Source of the DNA: Mesotaenium endlicherianum
Lineage: Eukaryota
Assembly (NCBI GenBank): GCA_009602735.1
Contig: WELA01003597.1
Span: 751,157-815,156 of the forward strand
Length of the DNA: 64,000 bases
Direction of reading: 5' to 3'
In this document: positions 1-12,500 of the stretch, piece by piece
How positions within the stretch are numbered: position 1 is the first letter of the stretch
How the letters are laid out: every line of letters begins with the position of its first letter
The notes under the pieces: model-generated
Seen by the model: the letters and a program-made list of their open reading frames with translations, nothing else
What the model was told of the DNA's origin: nothing
Databases searched by the model: none
Program-made: the position numbers and the translations under genes

Positions 1-556
1 GGGGGGGGGGGTTCGGGCGGAGGAGGAGGCTTCTTTATCTCTTGGGGCTGGCTGGCTGGCTGGCTGGCTGGGCTTTGTTGCATGCCCTTGCGCCCACGAC
101 GTGGCGACTAGATGCTGTCCAGGGCCTCTGTCAAGGCAGGATAGGGCATGTGCACGTGCCGGTAGCGGCTGGCAGATGACGACGCTGCCTTCTGTACGCG
201 GCATTGGGGAGCAGTGTGTGGAAGCAGCCAGGAAGATGTTGGTTGCATGTGTGCCTGGTGAGCGTACTGCCCCACTGTCAGTGAGAAGGACGCAGTCCTG
301 CCGTCAAGCAGGCGTGGTGCGGAGGCGTCTATATCTGCTGCAGTGCTGGTTGGGGGAGGGTCCTGCACGATCAGGCCCGAGAGCGTACTCACACGCGCTG
401 TGCACACACACACACATACACACATACACACGGAGGGAGAGAGAGGGAGAGGGAGGACGGGGGAAGGATGTGACGAAGGGACGCTTTTGCTTGCCGGTCG
501 TGGGCACGTTCACTAAGGGAAGTGGGCCTGTGGGGGCTGGTGTGCAAGTGTTTCAG

Positions 557-3500
557 ATGCCCGAGGAGAACGGGCATGCAAGCGAACGGGCCAGCAGCGA
601 CAGCGGCAGCGGCAGCGGCAGCGAGCGTGGGGATGTCTCCAGCGGCAGCAGCAGCGGCTCTGACGAGGCGGGCCTGGCTGCTCTTGCGGAGTCAAGCGAC
701 GCTGACGAAGACGCTGCCGAGAACCGCGGGAACCACCAGCATGAACCCACCACCAGCGGGCGGCAGGACAGGTGGCACTCTTCGCGCGGCTCCTCCAGAG
801 AGAGGAGAACAAGGAGACACGCCGCCCGTTCGCAGGCACATGCGCAGGCACAGGCACAGCAGGCGACGACGACAGCTGTCCCAGCAGCAGGAGCAGGAGC
901 AGCAGCCAATGGGGAGCTGGGACGGGGCAAGCGCAAGCGGCGCTCGATCAGCTCTGTCGACAAGGCCCACGTGGCGTATGGGGACCACGCTGTCGGGACA
1001 GGTGGCGGGCAGCCTCAGAGCCTGGTTGAGCCTGACATGTATCGAGAAGCCAGCGAGGCACCAGGGGCAGGGGCAGGCGAAGCAGGAGGGGCTGTGAATG
1101 GGGGAGCTGAGGATGATGGGGCCGAGAGAAAAGTGGAGGAGCCAAAGGAGCACGGGCAGGTCATAGCGGAGCTTGCTGGCCATGGAGGGGAGGAGGAGGA
1201 GAGACGCCAGGTGGCAGCGGGTGCAGGGACTGCGGCTGAGAGGGTGTGTAGTCTTGTCTACCTCCAGGAGGAGGGGAAGGAGGAGGGGCATAGCGCCAAG
1301 GAGGCGCGAGGAGACGCGGCGGCCGCCCGGGTCAAGCTGGAAGCGACCGAAGAGGTGGAGGAGAAGGCTGGCGAGAGCCTTTGCCTGCAAAGGGAGAGAC
1401 CAGAGCCCGAGGGGCTGCCAGATGGCACGACCGAGCTCTCCCCGGAGGGGCCAGAGGCAGCCGCAGCAGCAACAGGGGGCACAGAAGAGAAGACGACTGA
1501 GGCGGAGGCGGACGGCCACGCAGCAGCTGCGGCTGCCGCTATAGCTGGACCAGAGGAGGGGGGAGAGGCACCCGCGCCAGCGCTGGCCGCCGCCCAGGCA
1601 GCGGAGAGGGAGGAGGGGGCGGCGACAGGTGGTGGGGAGGCCGGGGAGGGGGAGGGGGAGGGCGGGAAGCACGAGACGCTGGAGGACGCGGCGGCGGCGG
1701 CCATGGCGGCGCAGCCGCGCGGGCACACGCTGTCCACAGCGCAGGTGCGCACGAAGGTGCCATTCCTGCTGAAGCACGGGCTGCGCGAGTACCAGCACAT
1801 TGGGCTGGACTGGCTGGTGACCATGTACGAGAAGCGGCTCAACGGCATCCTGGCGGACGAGATGGGGCTGGGCAAGACCATCATGACCATTGCGCTGCTG
1901 GCGCACCTGGCGTGCGAGAAGGGCCTGTGGGGGCCGCACCTCGTGGTGGTGCCCACCAGCGTGATGCTCAACTGGGAGACGGAGTTCATGAAGTGGTGCC
2001 CCGCGTTCAAGATCCTGACCTACTTCGGCAGCGCCAAGGAGCGCAAGCTGAAGCGGCAGGGGTGGAGCAAGCCCAACGCGTTTCACGTGTGCATCACCAC
2101 GTACCGCCTCGTCATCCAGGACGCCAAGGCCTTCCGGCGCAAGCGCTGGGTGTACCTCATCCTGGACGAGGCGCACCTCATCAAGAACTGGCGCTCGCAG
2201 CGCTGGCAGACGCTGCTCAACTTCAGCAGCAAGCGCCGCATCCTGCTCACGGGCACGCCGCTGCAGAACGACCTCATGGAGCTGTGGTCGCTCATGCACT
2301 TCCTCATGCCGCACGTGTTCCAGAGCCACCAGGAGTTCCGCGACTGGTTCTGCAACCCCATCACGGGCATGGTGGAGGGCGGCGGCCAGGCGCCCGTCAA
2401 CCGCGACGTGGTGGACCGCCTGCACAATGTGCTGCGCCCCTTCCTGCTGCGGCGCCTCAAGCGCGACGTCGAGAAGCAGCTGCCGCAGAAGCACGAGCAC
2501 GTGCTGCGCTGCCACCTGTCGCGCCGCCAGCGCCAGCTGTACGAGGATTTCATGGCGAGCTCCGACACGCGCGCCACGCTGGCGTCTGGCAACTTCCTGG
2601 GCCTCATCAACGTCCTCATGCAGCTGCGCAAGGTGTGCAACCACCCCGACCTCTTCGAGGGCCGCCCCATTGTCTCCTCGCTGGACCTGCCGCCCGTGGA
2701 GGTCCACCTCAGTTCCGCCGCCGCCCGCGCACTGGAGCCGCGCGGGCCGCTGGAGGAGGGGGGCGCCGCCGACCTCGGCGCCCTTGGGCTGCTCGTGTGC
2801 CACCTGGACGGCGAGCTGGCGGCGTGGGAGGCCGAGGAGACCGCCCGCCTGGCGACCCCCGCGCCCACCATCGTTGAGCTGGCGAGCTCCGGCGAGGACA
2901 CCTGGCACCAGCGGGAGCGGACGGGAGCGGCGGGAGGCCTACTGGGGCCGGAGACGCCGGCGGGGGAGGGGGGCGTGGAGGAGGCGGGGAGGGGTTTGGC
3001 GGGGCTGGGGCTCATCAGGGAGGTGCAGGCGCACCTCCAGCGGCTCAGATCGCGGCAGCGGCGCGAGCAGGCGGCGGCGATCGCCGCCGTCAGCCTNNNN
3101 NNNNNNNNNNNNNNNNNNNNNNNNNNNNNNNNNNNNNNNNNNNNNNNNNNNNNNNNNNNNNNNNNNNNNNNNNNNNNNNNNNNNNNNNNNNNNNNNNNNN
3201 NNNNNNNNNNNNNNNNNNNNNNNNNNNNNNNNNNNNNNNNNNNNNNNNNNNNNNNNNNNNNNNNNNNNNNNNNNNNNNNNNNNNNNNNNNNNNNNNNNNN
3301 NNNNNNNNNNNNNNNNNNNNNNNNNNNNNNNNNNNNNNNNNNNNNNNNNNNNNNNNNNNNNNNNNNNNNNNNNNNNNNNNNNNNNNNNNNNNNNNNNNNN
3401 NNNNNNNNNNNNNNNNNNNNNNNNNNNNNNNNNNNNNNNNNNNNNNNNNNNNNNNNNNNNNNNNNNNNNNNNNNNNNNNNNNNNNNNNNNNNNNNNNNNN

Positions 3501-6500
3501 NNNNNNNNNNNNNNNNNNNNNNNNNNNNNNNNNNNNNNNNNNNNNNNNNNNNNNNNNNNNNNNNNNNNNNNNNNNNNNNNNNNNNNNNNNNNNNNNNNNN
3601 NNNNNNNNNNNNNNNNNNNNNNNNNNNNNNNNNNNNNNNNNNNNNNNNNNNNNNNNNNNNNNNNNNNNNNNNNNNNNNNNNNNNNNNNNNNNNNNNNNNN
3701 NNNNNNNNNNNNNNNNNNNNNNNNNNNNNNNNNNNNNNNNNNNNNNNNNNNNNNNNNNNNNNNNNNNNNNNNNNNNNNNNNNNNNNNNNNNNNNNNNNNN
3801 NNNNNNNNNNNNNNNNNNNNNNNNNNNNNNNNNNNNNNNNNNNNNNNNNNNNNNNNNNNNNNNNNNNNNNNNNNNNNNNNNNNNNNNNNNNNNNNNNNNN
3901 NNNNNNNNNNNNNNNNNNNNNNNNNNNNNNNNNNNNNNNNNNNNNNNNNNNNNNNNNNNNNNNNNNNNNNNNNNNNNNNNNNNNNNNNNNNNNNNNNNNN
4001 NNNNNNNNNNNNNNNNNNNNNNNNNNNNNNNNNNNNNNNNNNNNNNNNNNNNNNNNNNNNNNNNNNNNGATCGCCGCCGTCAGCCTCGCGCGCTGCGGGC
4101 GGCGGCCCGTCTTCGGCCGCGAGCTCATCCGGCGGCTGACGCTGGAGCGCGCCGCCCAGCACGTGCATCTTGTGGCCGCCGACGCCCGCCGGTACTTCGA
4201 CTATCCCGACGCGCTGACTCAGCTGGTGCAGTCCCCCCTGGCGCGGATAGAGGGCGCCCAGGAGCTCCTGGAGGCGTTTCTGTTTGCCATCCCGCCTGCC
4301 AGGAGCCCGCCACCTGTCACTTGGTGCAGCCACCCGGGGCCCTCCAGGTGGCAGGCCGAGCAAGCGTTCCAGGAGAGGCTGCAGGTGGAGGTGTCCCCTC
4401 TCCTCACGCCGCTGCGCACGGCCATCGTGCGGCGCCAGCTGTTCTTTCCCGACAGGCGGTTGCTGCAGTTCGACTGCGGCAAGCTCCAGGTGTGGCCCTT
4501 GCTCCCCTCCGTCCCTCCCCTCCTCCCTTTTGCCAGCGCTGCTGCTGCTGAACCGGTGAGCCCAGATGCGCGGACGTGTGACTGCTGGTTGCACGCACAA
4601 AGGCAAGCAAAGGGCATCAGGCCGTTCCAGGACTGATCAATGCAGGCCAGGGCACACACATGGGACCTGTGCGTGACCCTGTGGGCCATGCGACGTCTTT
4701 CTGCAACAGCCCCCTTGCCCGCTCCCACCTCCCTCTGGGTATAATTGTGCCCCCTTTCACCTCCCCCCTCTTTCCTTCTGCCTGCCTGCCTGCGTGCCTG
4801 CCTGCCTGCCTGCCTGCCTGCGTGCGTGCGTGCGTGCGCAGTGTGAGCCCGTGTCTGTTGGTGTACATATCTCTGTGTGTGTGCATGTATGCAAGCGCAT
4901 CGTGCGTGTCCTCAAATTACGCGTGCGCGTGCGTGCGCTTGCCCCCTCTCTCTTCTCCCCCTTCCTGCAGGAGCTGGACCTGCTGCTGCGGCGGCTCAAG
5001 GGCGAGGGCCACCGCGCGCTCATCTTCACGCAGATGACCAAGATGCTGGACGTGCTGGAGAGCTTCATCAGCCTGTACGGCTACACCTACATGCGCCTCG
5101 ACGGCTCCACCAAGCCGGAGCAGCGCCAGATCCTGATGCAGCGCTTCAACAGCAGCCCCAAGATCTTCCTCTTCATCCTGTCCACGCGCAGCGGCGGCGT
5201 GGGCATCAACCTGGTGGGCGCCGACACCGTCATCTTCTACGACTCCGACTGGAACCCCGCCATGGACATGCAGGCGCAGGTACTCCCCGCCACCCCCCCG
5301 CCGCCATCATGTACTCGCTCTCTCTTGGGAGTGCGCTCGTGTATCTCTCTTGGTTCTGTGACGCGAGGCTGCCGGGGACGGCGGGCGGGTGTCGCAGGAC
5401 CGGTGCCACAGGATCGGGCAGACGCGCGAGGTGAACATCTACCGGCTGGTGAGCGAGAGCACCATCGAGGAGAACATCCTGCGCAAGGCGCACCAGAAGC
5501 GCGTGCTCGACGACCTCGTCATCCAGGTCTGCCCCGTCTGCCCCCCCCTCTCTTCTGTATCGGCTTTCACGCAGACCCGAGTCTTTCTGCGTCTCAACGC
5601 TGGTGTCGAGTTTGGTGTGACGTTCTTGTGCACTTGCGGATTTGTAACACGCACAGGCGCGTGTGGACATGTGGACACCTATGTGCATGCGTGTGCATGT
5701 GAGTGATTGCTCACATGAGCGCGTGCGTGTGCGCGTGACTGGCTGGGCAGAGCGGGGGCTACAACACGGAGTTCTTCAAGAAGCTGGACCCGCGCGAGCT
5801 CTTCTCCGGCATCCGCGGCATCAACATCGGCCAGCCCGGGAAACCGGCACCTGCTGCCGCTGCCGACACCGCCTCCGCTGCCGACAGCAACGGCACTAGC
5901 TCTGGGTCCCTGCCAGCCGCCGGGACAGCTGGCAGCAGCGGCAGCGGCGCAGCCCCGGAGGGGGAGGGCCAGGAGGGTGCCGGCGTGGCGGTCCCCCCCC
6001 ACGAGCTGTCGAGCGCAGAGGTGGAGGCGGCGCTGAAGAACGCGGAGGATGAGGCGGACTACGAGGCCATGAAGCAGGCTGAGCTGGAAGAGGCGGCGGA
6101 GATTCGCGAGTTCACGGAGGAGCCCCCCCTGGAGCGGGCGGAGGACGAGGAGGGGGGGGAGGGGGAGGGCGAGGGCGAGGGGACGGGTGGGCGGGGGGGG
6201 GAGCAGCAGCAGCAGGAGGGGCAGGGGCAGGGGCAGATTGTTGTGAGGGCGCCGTCGGGTGTCCAGGTGGAGGAGGCCACAGGCGAGGGGCTTGCGGTGG
6301 TGACAGGTGGCGGTGGTGCGGACGAGGACATAGACATGCTGGCGGACGTGCGCCAGATGGCGGCAGCGGCGGCGGCGTCTGGCAAGGCCACGAGCTCGTT
6401 CGAGGACCAGCTGCAGCCCATCGAGAGGTGAGTGTGCTTCCGCATGTGGGACACGTGGCAGCCTTTGGGGGTGGGGCTTGCGCAGCAGCCTTGACAGCTG

Positions 6501-9500
6501 TGCTGGGTGTCCTCCAATTCTCATCTGCTCGGACCCTAGCAGCAACAGGGGCAGGCGTCACGCGCTGACCCTTTGCTGGACCAGTGTTTGTTCATCCTCT
6601 CTTCCCACTCGCTTCTCCAGCAGCTGCTCGTGTGTGTGCATGTGCTTGTGCCTGCTTGTGTGTGCGTGTATGTGTCTATGTGTGTGTGTTTGAGCTTGGC
6701 TGAGAGAGTGAGAAGCATGCCCTGAAGCGGCATGGAAAGAAGGACCAAAGAGAGGGGGGGAGGGTCCGTGTACTTTTGTGACATGCGCGGGGGAGGTCTT
6801 ATGTGTGGACGCGACATGTGGCGTCCTGGCAGGTACGCGATGCGCTTCATGGAGCTGTGGGACCCCATTGTGGACCGCAGCGCGGCCGCCGCGCAGGTGC
6901 AGTTTGAGGAAACGGAGTGGGAGCTGGAGCAGCTGGAGAAGCTCAAGGAGGAGCAGGAGGCGGAGATCGACGACGACATCGAGCCCCTCGCCTACGAGAG
7001 TGCGCTCCCCCCGCCCACCACCCCCTCCCCGGCCCTTGGAGCTCTTGCAGTCCAGTACCTTGGTAGATGGGTGGGCTGGCCAGTCCGTCTCCCCGTCGGC
7101 CACATGAGTAGCAGCAGGCGGGCAGGTCCTGCGCGCGAGGAGCTTGCTCTTCGCCCCCCTCTGCCGCTGCCTTGGAGGACCGCGGCGTCGCCGTGTCACA
7201 GTCCCTTGCGCTCGAGGACTTGCGGCTGCTCTGAGCAGAGCCTGGGGCGTCTGGTGTTGGCGGAGGCGCTTGCGTGCACCCCCTTGTCCATCCTGTCCGG
7301 CCACCTTGCCCACTCCTTGTGGCACACTTCTTTCCTTCCCGTCTGCACCATTCCTGAAGGGTCGTAGCGAAGGAGAAGGAGAAAAGGGCCGCCTGTAAGG
7401 CCTCATCATCTGTGTGAGATTGCGAAGTCTCGCTCTCTGCCGCTTCCTGTGTTGCTTGGTTGCAAGGGCCATGTGGCACACTGCTAGCTGTCCACGTGTC
7501 GTGGTATTGAAGCCCCGGACAGTGCAGAGGCAGAGGCAGAGGCAGGCCCACGTGTGCTGCTCCATCTCTCTGGCCTTCTGCTTTGACATATGGAGCTGCC
7601 TGAGCGTGTATACATGTGTGCGTGTGTACGTGCATGCGTGTCTTCGATGTTGTTTCCGCCATGTTGGCAGGCTGGGACACGAGCACGGCGGACGAGGCGT
7701 ACAGGCTGCAAGTGGAGGTGCTGACGCAGCAACAGGTGGCGCGTCCTCTCCCTGCCGCCCCACCCCCCCCTCTTCGCCACCTTGACTCTATCTCTTTTGT
7801 TGGTCAGATGTAGATTACCGCATGCCCCTGTCCTGATGCCATGCTCGTGCGCATCTATGCGAGTTGCCACGTGGACAACCGCGCCGGCTGGCGCTGTGGC
7901 CTGGCCTGGCCTGGCCTGGCCTGGCCTNAGTCCCCCCTGGCGCGGATAGAGGGCGCCCAGGAGCTCCTGGAGGCGTTTCTGTTTGCCATCCCGCCTGCCA
8001 GGAGCCCGCCACCTGTCACTTGGTGCAGCCACCCGGGGCCCTCCAGGTGGCAGGCCGAGCAAGCGTTCCAGGAGAGGCTGCAGGTGGAGGTGTCCCCTCT
8101 CCTCACGCCGCTGCGCACGGCCATCGTGCGGCGCCAGCTGTTCTTTCCCGACAGGCGGTTGCTGCAGTTCGACTGCGGCAAGCTCCAGGTGTGGCCCTTG
8201 CTCCCCTCCGTCCCTCCCCTCCTCCCTTTTGCCAGCGCTGCTGCTGCTGAACCGGTGAGCCCAGATGCGCGGACGTGTGACTGCTGGTTGCACGCACAAA
8301 GGCAAGCAAAGGGCATCAGGCCGTTCCAGGACTGATCAATGCAGGCCAGGGCACACACATGGGACCTGTGCGTGACCCTGTGGGCCATGCGACGTCTTTC
8401 TGCAACAGCCCCCTTGCCCGCTCCCACCTCCCTCTGGGTATAATTGTGCCCCCTTTCACCTCCCCCCTCTTTCCTTCTGCCTGCCTGCCTGCGTGCCTGC
8501 CTGCCTGCCTGCCTGCCTGCGTGCGTGCGTGCGTGCGCAGTGTGAGCCCGTGTCTGTTGGTGTACATATCTCTGTGTGTGTGCATGTATGCAAGCGCATC
8601 GTGCGTGTCCTCAAATTACGCGTGCGCGTGCGTGCGCTTGCCCCCTCTCTCTTCTCCCCCTTCCTGCAGGAGCTGGACCTGCTGCTGCGGCGGCTCAAGG
8701 GCGAGGGCCACCGCGCGCTCATCTTCACGCAGATGACCAAGATGCTGGACGTGCTGGAGAGCTTCATCAGCCTGTACGGCTACACCTACATGCGCCTCGA
8801 CGGCTCCACCAAGCCGGAGCAGCGCCAGATCCTGATGCAGCGCTTCAACAGCAGCCCCAAGATCTTCCTCTTCATCCTGTCCACGCGCAGCGGCGGCGTG
8901 GGCATCAACCTGGTGGGCGCCGACACCGTCATCTTCTACGACTCCGACTGGAACCCCGCCATGGACATGCAGGCGCAGGTACTCCCCGCCACCCCCCCGC
9001 CGCCATCATGTACTCGCTCTCTCTTGGGAGTGCGCTCGTGTATCTCTCTTGGTTCTGTGACGCGAGGCTGCCGGGGACGGCGGGCGGGTGTCGCAGGACC
9101 GGTGCCACAGGATCGGGCAGACGCGCGAGGTGAACATCTACCGGCTGGTGAGCGAGAGCACCATCGAGGAGAACATCCTGCGCAAGGCGCACCAGAAGCG
9201 CGTGCTCGACGACCTCGTCATCCAGGTCTGCCCCGTCTGCCCCCCCCTCTCTTCTGTATCGGCTTTCACGCAGACCCGAGTCTTTCTGCGTCTCAACGCT
9301 GGTGTCGAGTTTGGTGTGACGTTCTTGTGCACTTGCGGATTTGTAACACGCACAGGCGCGTGTGGACATGTGGACACCTATGTGCATGCGTGTGCATGTG
9401 AGTGATTGCTCACATGAGCGCGTGCGTGTGCGCGTGACTGGCTGGGCAGAGCGGGGGCTACAACACGGAGTTCTTCAAGAAGCTGGACCCGCGCGAGCTC

Positions 9501-12500
9501 TTCTCCGGCATCCGCGGCATCAACATCGGCCAGCCCGGGAAACCGGCACCTGCTGCCGCTGCCGACACCGCCTCCGCTGCCGACAGCAACGGCACTAGCT
9601 CTGGGTCCCTGCCAGCCGCCGGGACAGCTGGCAGCAGCGGCAGCGGCGCAGCCCCGGAGGGGGAGGGCCAGGAGGGTGCCGGCGTGGCGGTCCCCCCCCA
9701 CGAGCTGTCGAGCGCAGAGGTGGAGGCGGCGCTGAAGAACGCGGAGGATGAGGCGGACTACGAGGCCATGAAGCAGGCTGAGCTGGAAGAGGCGGCGGAG
9801 ATTCGCGAGTTCACGGAGGAGCCCCCCCTGGAGCGGGCGGAGGACGAGGAGGGGGGGGAGGGGGAGGGCGAGGGCGAGGGGACGGGTGGGCGGGGGGGGG
9901 AGCAGCAGCAGCAGGAGGGGCAGGGGCAGGGGCAGATTGTTGTGAGGGCGCCGTCGGGTGTCCAGGTGGAGGAGGCCACAGGCGAGGGGCTTGCGGTGGT
10001 GACAGGTGGCGGTGGTGCGGACGAGGACATAGACATGCTGGCGGACGTGCGCCAGATGGCGGCAGCGGCGGCGGCGTCTGGCAAGGCCACGAGCTCGTTC
10101 GAGGACCAGCTGCAGCCCATCGAGAGGTGAGTGTGCTTCCGCATGTGGGACACGTGGCAGCCTTTGGGGGTGGGGCTTGCGCAGCAGCCTTGACAGCTGT
10201 GCTGGGTGTCCTCCAATTCTCATCTGCTCGGACCCTAGCAGCAACAGGGGCAGGCGTCACGCGCTGACCCTTTGCTGGACCAGTGTTTGTTCATCCTCTC
10301 TTCCCACTCGCTTCTCCAGCAGCTGCTCGTGTGTGTGCATGTGCTTGTGCCTGCTTGTGTGTGCGTGTATGTGTCTATGTGTGTGTGTTTGAGCTTGGCT
10401 GAGAGAGTGAGAAGCATGCCCTGAAGCGGCATGGAAAGAAGGACCAAAGAGAGGGGGGGAGGGTCCGTGTACTTTTGTGACATGCGCGGGGGAGGTCTTA
10501 TGTGTGGACGCGACATGTGGCGTCCTGGCAGGTACGCGATGCGCTTCATGGAGCTGTGGGACCCCATTGTGGACCGCAGCGCGGCCGCCGCGCAGGTGCA
10601 GTTTGAGGAAACGGAGTGGGAGCTGGAGCAGCTGGAGAAGCTCAAGGAGGAGCAGGAGGCGGAGATCGACGACGACATCGAGCCCCTCGCCTACGAGAGT
10701 GCGCTCCCCCCGCCCACCACCCCCTCCCCGGCCCTTGGAGCTCTTGCAGTCCAGTACCTTGGTAGATGGGTGGGCTGGCCAGTCCGTCTCCCCGTCGGCC
10801 ACATGAGTAGCAGCAGGCGGGCAGGTCCTGCGCGCGAGGAGCTTGCTCTTCGCCCCCCTCTGCCGCTGCCTTGGAGGACCGCGGCGTCGCCGTGTCACAG
10901 TCCCTTGCGCTCGAGGACTTGCGGCTGCTCTGAGCAGAGCCTGGGGCGTCTGGTGTTGGCGGAGGCGCTTGCGTGCACCCCCTTGTCCATCCTGTCCGGC
11001 CACCTTGCCCACTCCTTGTGGCACACTTCTTTCCTTCCCGTCTGCACCATTCCTGAAGGGTCGTAGCGAAGGAGAAGGAGAAAAGGGCCGCCTGTAAGGC
11101 CTCATCATCTGTGTGAGATTGCGAAGTCTCGCTCTCTGCCGCTTCCTGTGTTGCTTGGTTGCAAGGGCCATGTGGCACACTGCTAGCTGTCCACGTGTCG
11201 TGGTATTGAAGCCCCGGACAGTGCAGAGGCAGAGGCAGAGGCAGGCCCACGTGTGCTGCTCCATCTCTCTGGCCTTCTGCTTTGACATATGGAGCTGCCT
11301 GAGCGTGTATACATGTGTGCGTGTGTACGTGCATGCGTGTCTTCGATGTTGTTTCCGCCATGTTGGCAGGCTGGGACACGAGCACGGCGGACGAGGCGTA
11401 CAGGCTGCAAGTGGAGGTGCTGACGCAGCAACAGGTGGCGCGTCCTCTCCCTGCCGCCCCACCCCCCCCTCTTCGCCACCTTGACTCTATCTCTTTTGTT
11501 GGTCAGATGTAGATTACCGCATGCCCCTGTCCTGATGCCATGCTCGTGCGCATCTATGCGAGTTGCCACGTGGACAACCGCGCCGGCTGGCGCTGTGGCC
11601 TGGCCTGGCCTGGCCTGGCCTGGCCTGGCCTGGGCGCCTGCCTGCCTGCCTGCCGGCCTCCACCACCACGAATTGCGCGGGAAGGAGAGAGGGAGGGAGG
11701 CAGGGAGGAGTGGCTTTCTTTGCATCACTCTGTCTGCTTGTCTGGCCTTTCGTGTTGGGAGGAGCCACAGTCAACATGCACTACTTGTGGGGGGAAGAGC
11801 AAGGCCGTGTGCTGAAGACTTTGCTGTCCCCATCAAGTTGCTTGTTGTGTGTCTAGTGTCGACGCGCATGTCGTTTTCGGGTACATGCATGTCACCTGTG
11901 TGCATCTGAGTGTGAGATGCGGGCGTGCTTGCCAAGCCTTGAGGCAGGCGCCCTTCATGTGCTGTTTGAGTTTTTGCATACTCTGCCCCGAGGCTCGTTT
12001 GGAGTGCTGACGGTCCCGCAAGGCCCACGATGCGCCACTTGTTGCAAGCAGGAGGAGGCACGCCAGGCCGAGTGGGAGGCCATGGAGGCCCAGCTCAGGG
12101 AGGCAGATCTGGTGGCGCGCCAGATGGCGGATGAGGAGGAGGCGGAGACGGCGCGCAAGTCCAAGCGGCACCTCAAGAAGAAGGCCCGCCTGGCGGCCCT
12201 CCGGCACCAGGCTGGCGCTGACCTAGACCGCCCACGTGGCCTCTCTGTTAAGCGGCTCAAGGCCAGCAGGGCCCACGGCAGCCTGGGGCTCCTGGCAGGC
12301 AGAGACTACGAGGAGGGAGAGGGAGAGGAGGAGGAGGAGGAGTATGTGCTGGAGGGGCGGGGAGCGGGCGAGGGGGGAGGGCTCAGGGGGCCCTCGCAGA
12401 GGAAGCGCAAGGCCCCCCCGCGGCTGCTGCTGGAGGAGCAGGAGGAGCGCGCGCTGCTGCAGCAGGAGGAGCTGCAGCTCAAGCGCCTCAAGCGCCAGCA

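Noticed and set aside
101..556. N-terminal extension of the 1511-aa ORF
   Set aside because: GTG start and CA/GA microsatellite content; it reads as intron ending at TTTCAG (556).
692..2908. 738-aa antisense ORF (and similar ones such as 31338-32552)
   Set aside because: Shadow frames of GC3-rich coding exons; no independent motifs.
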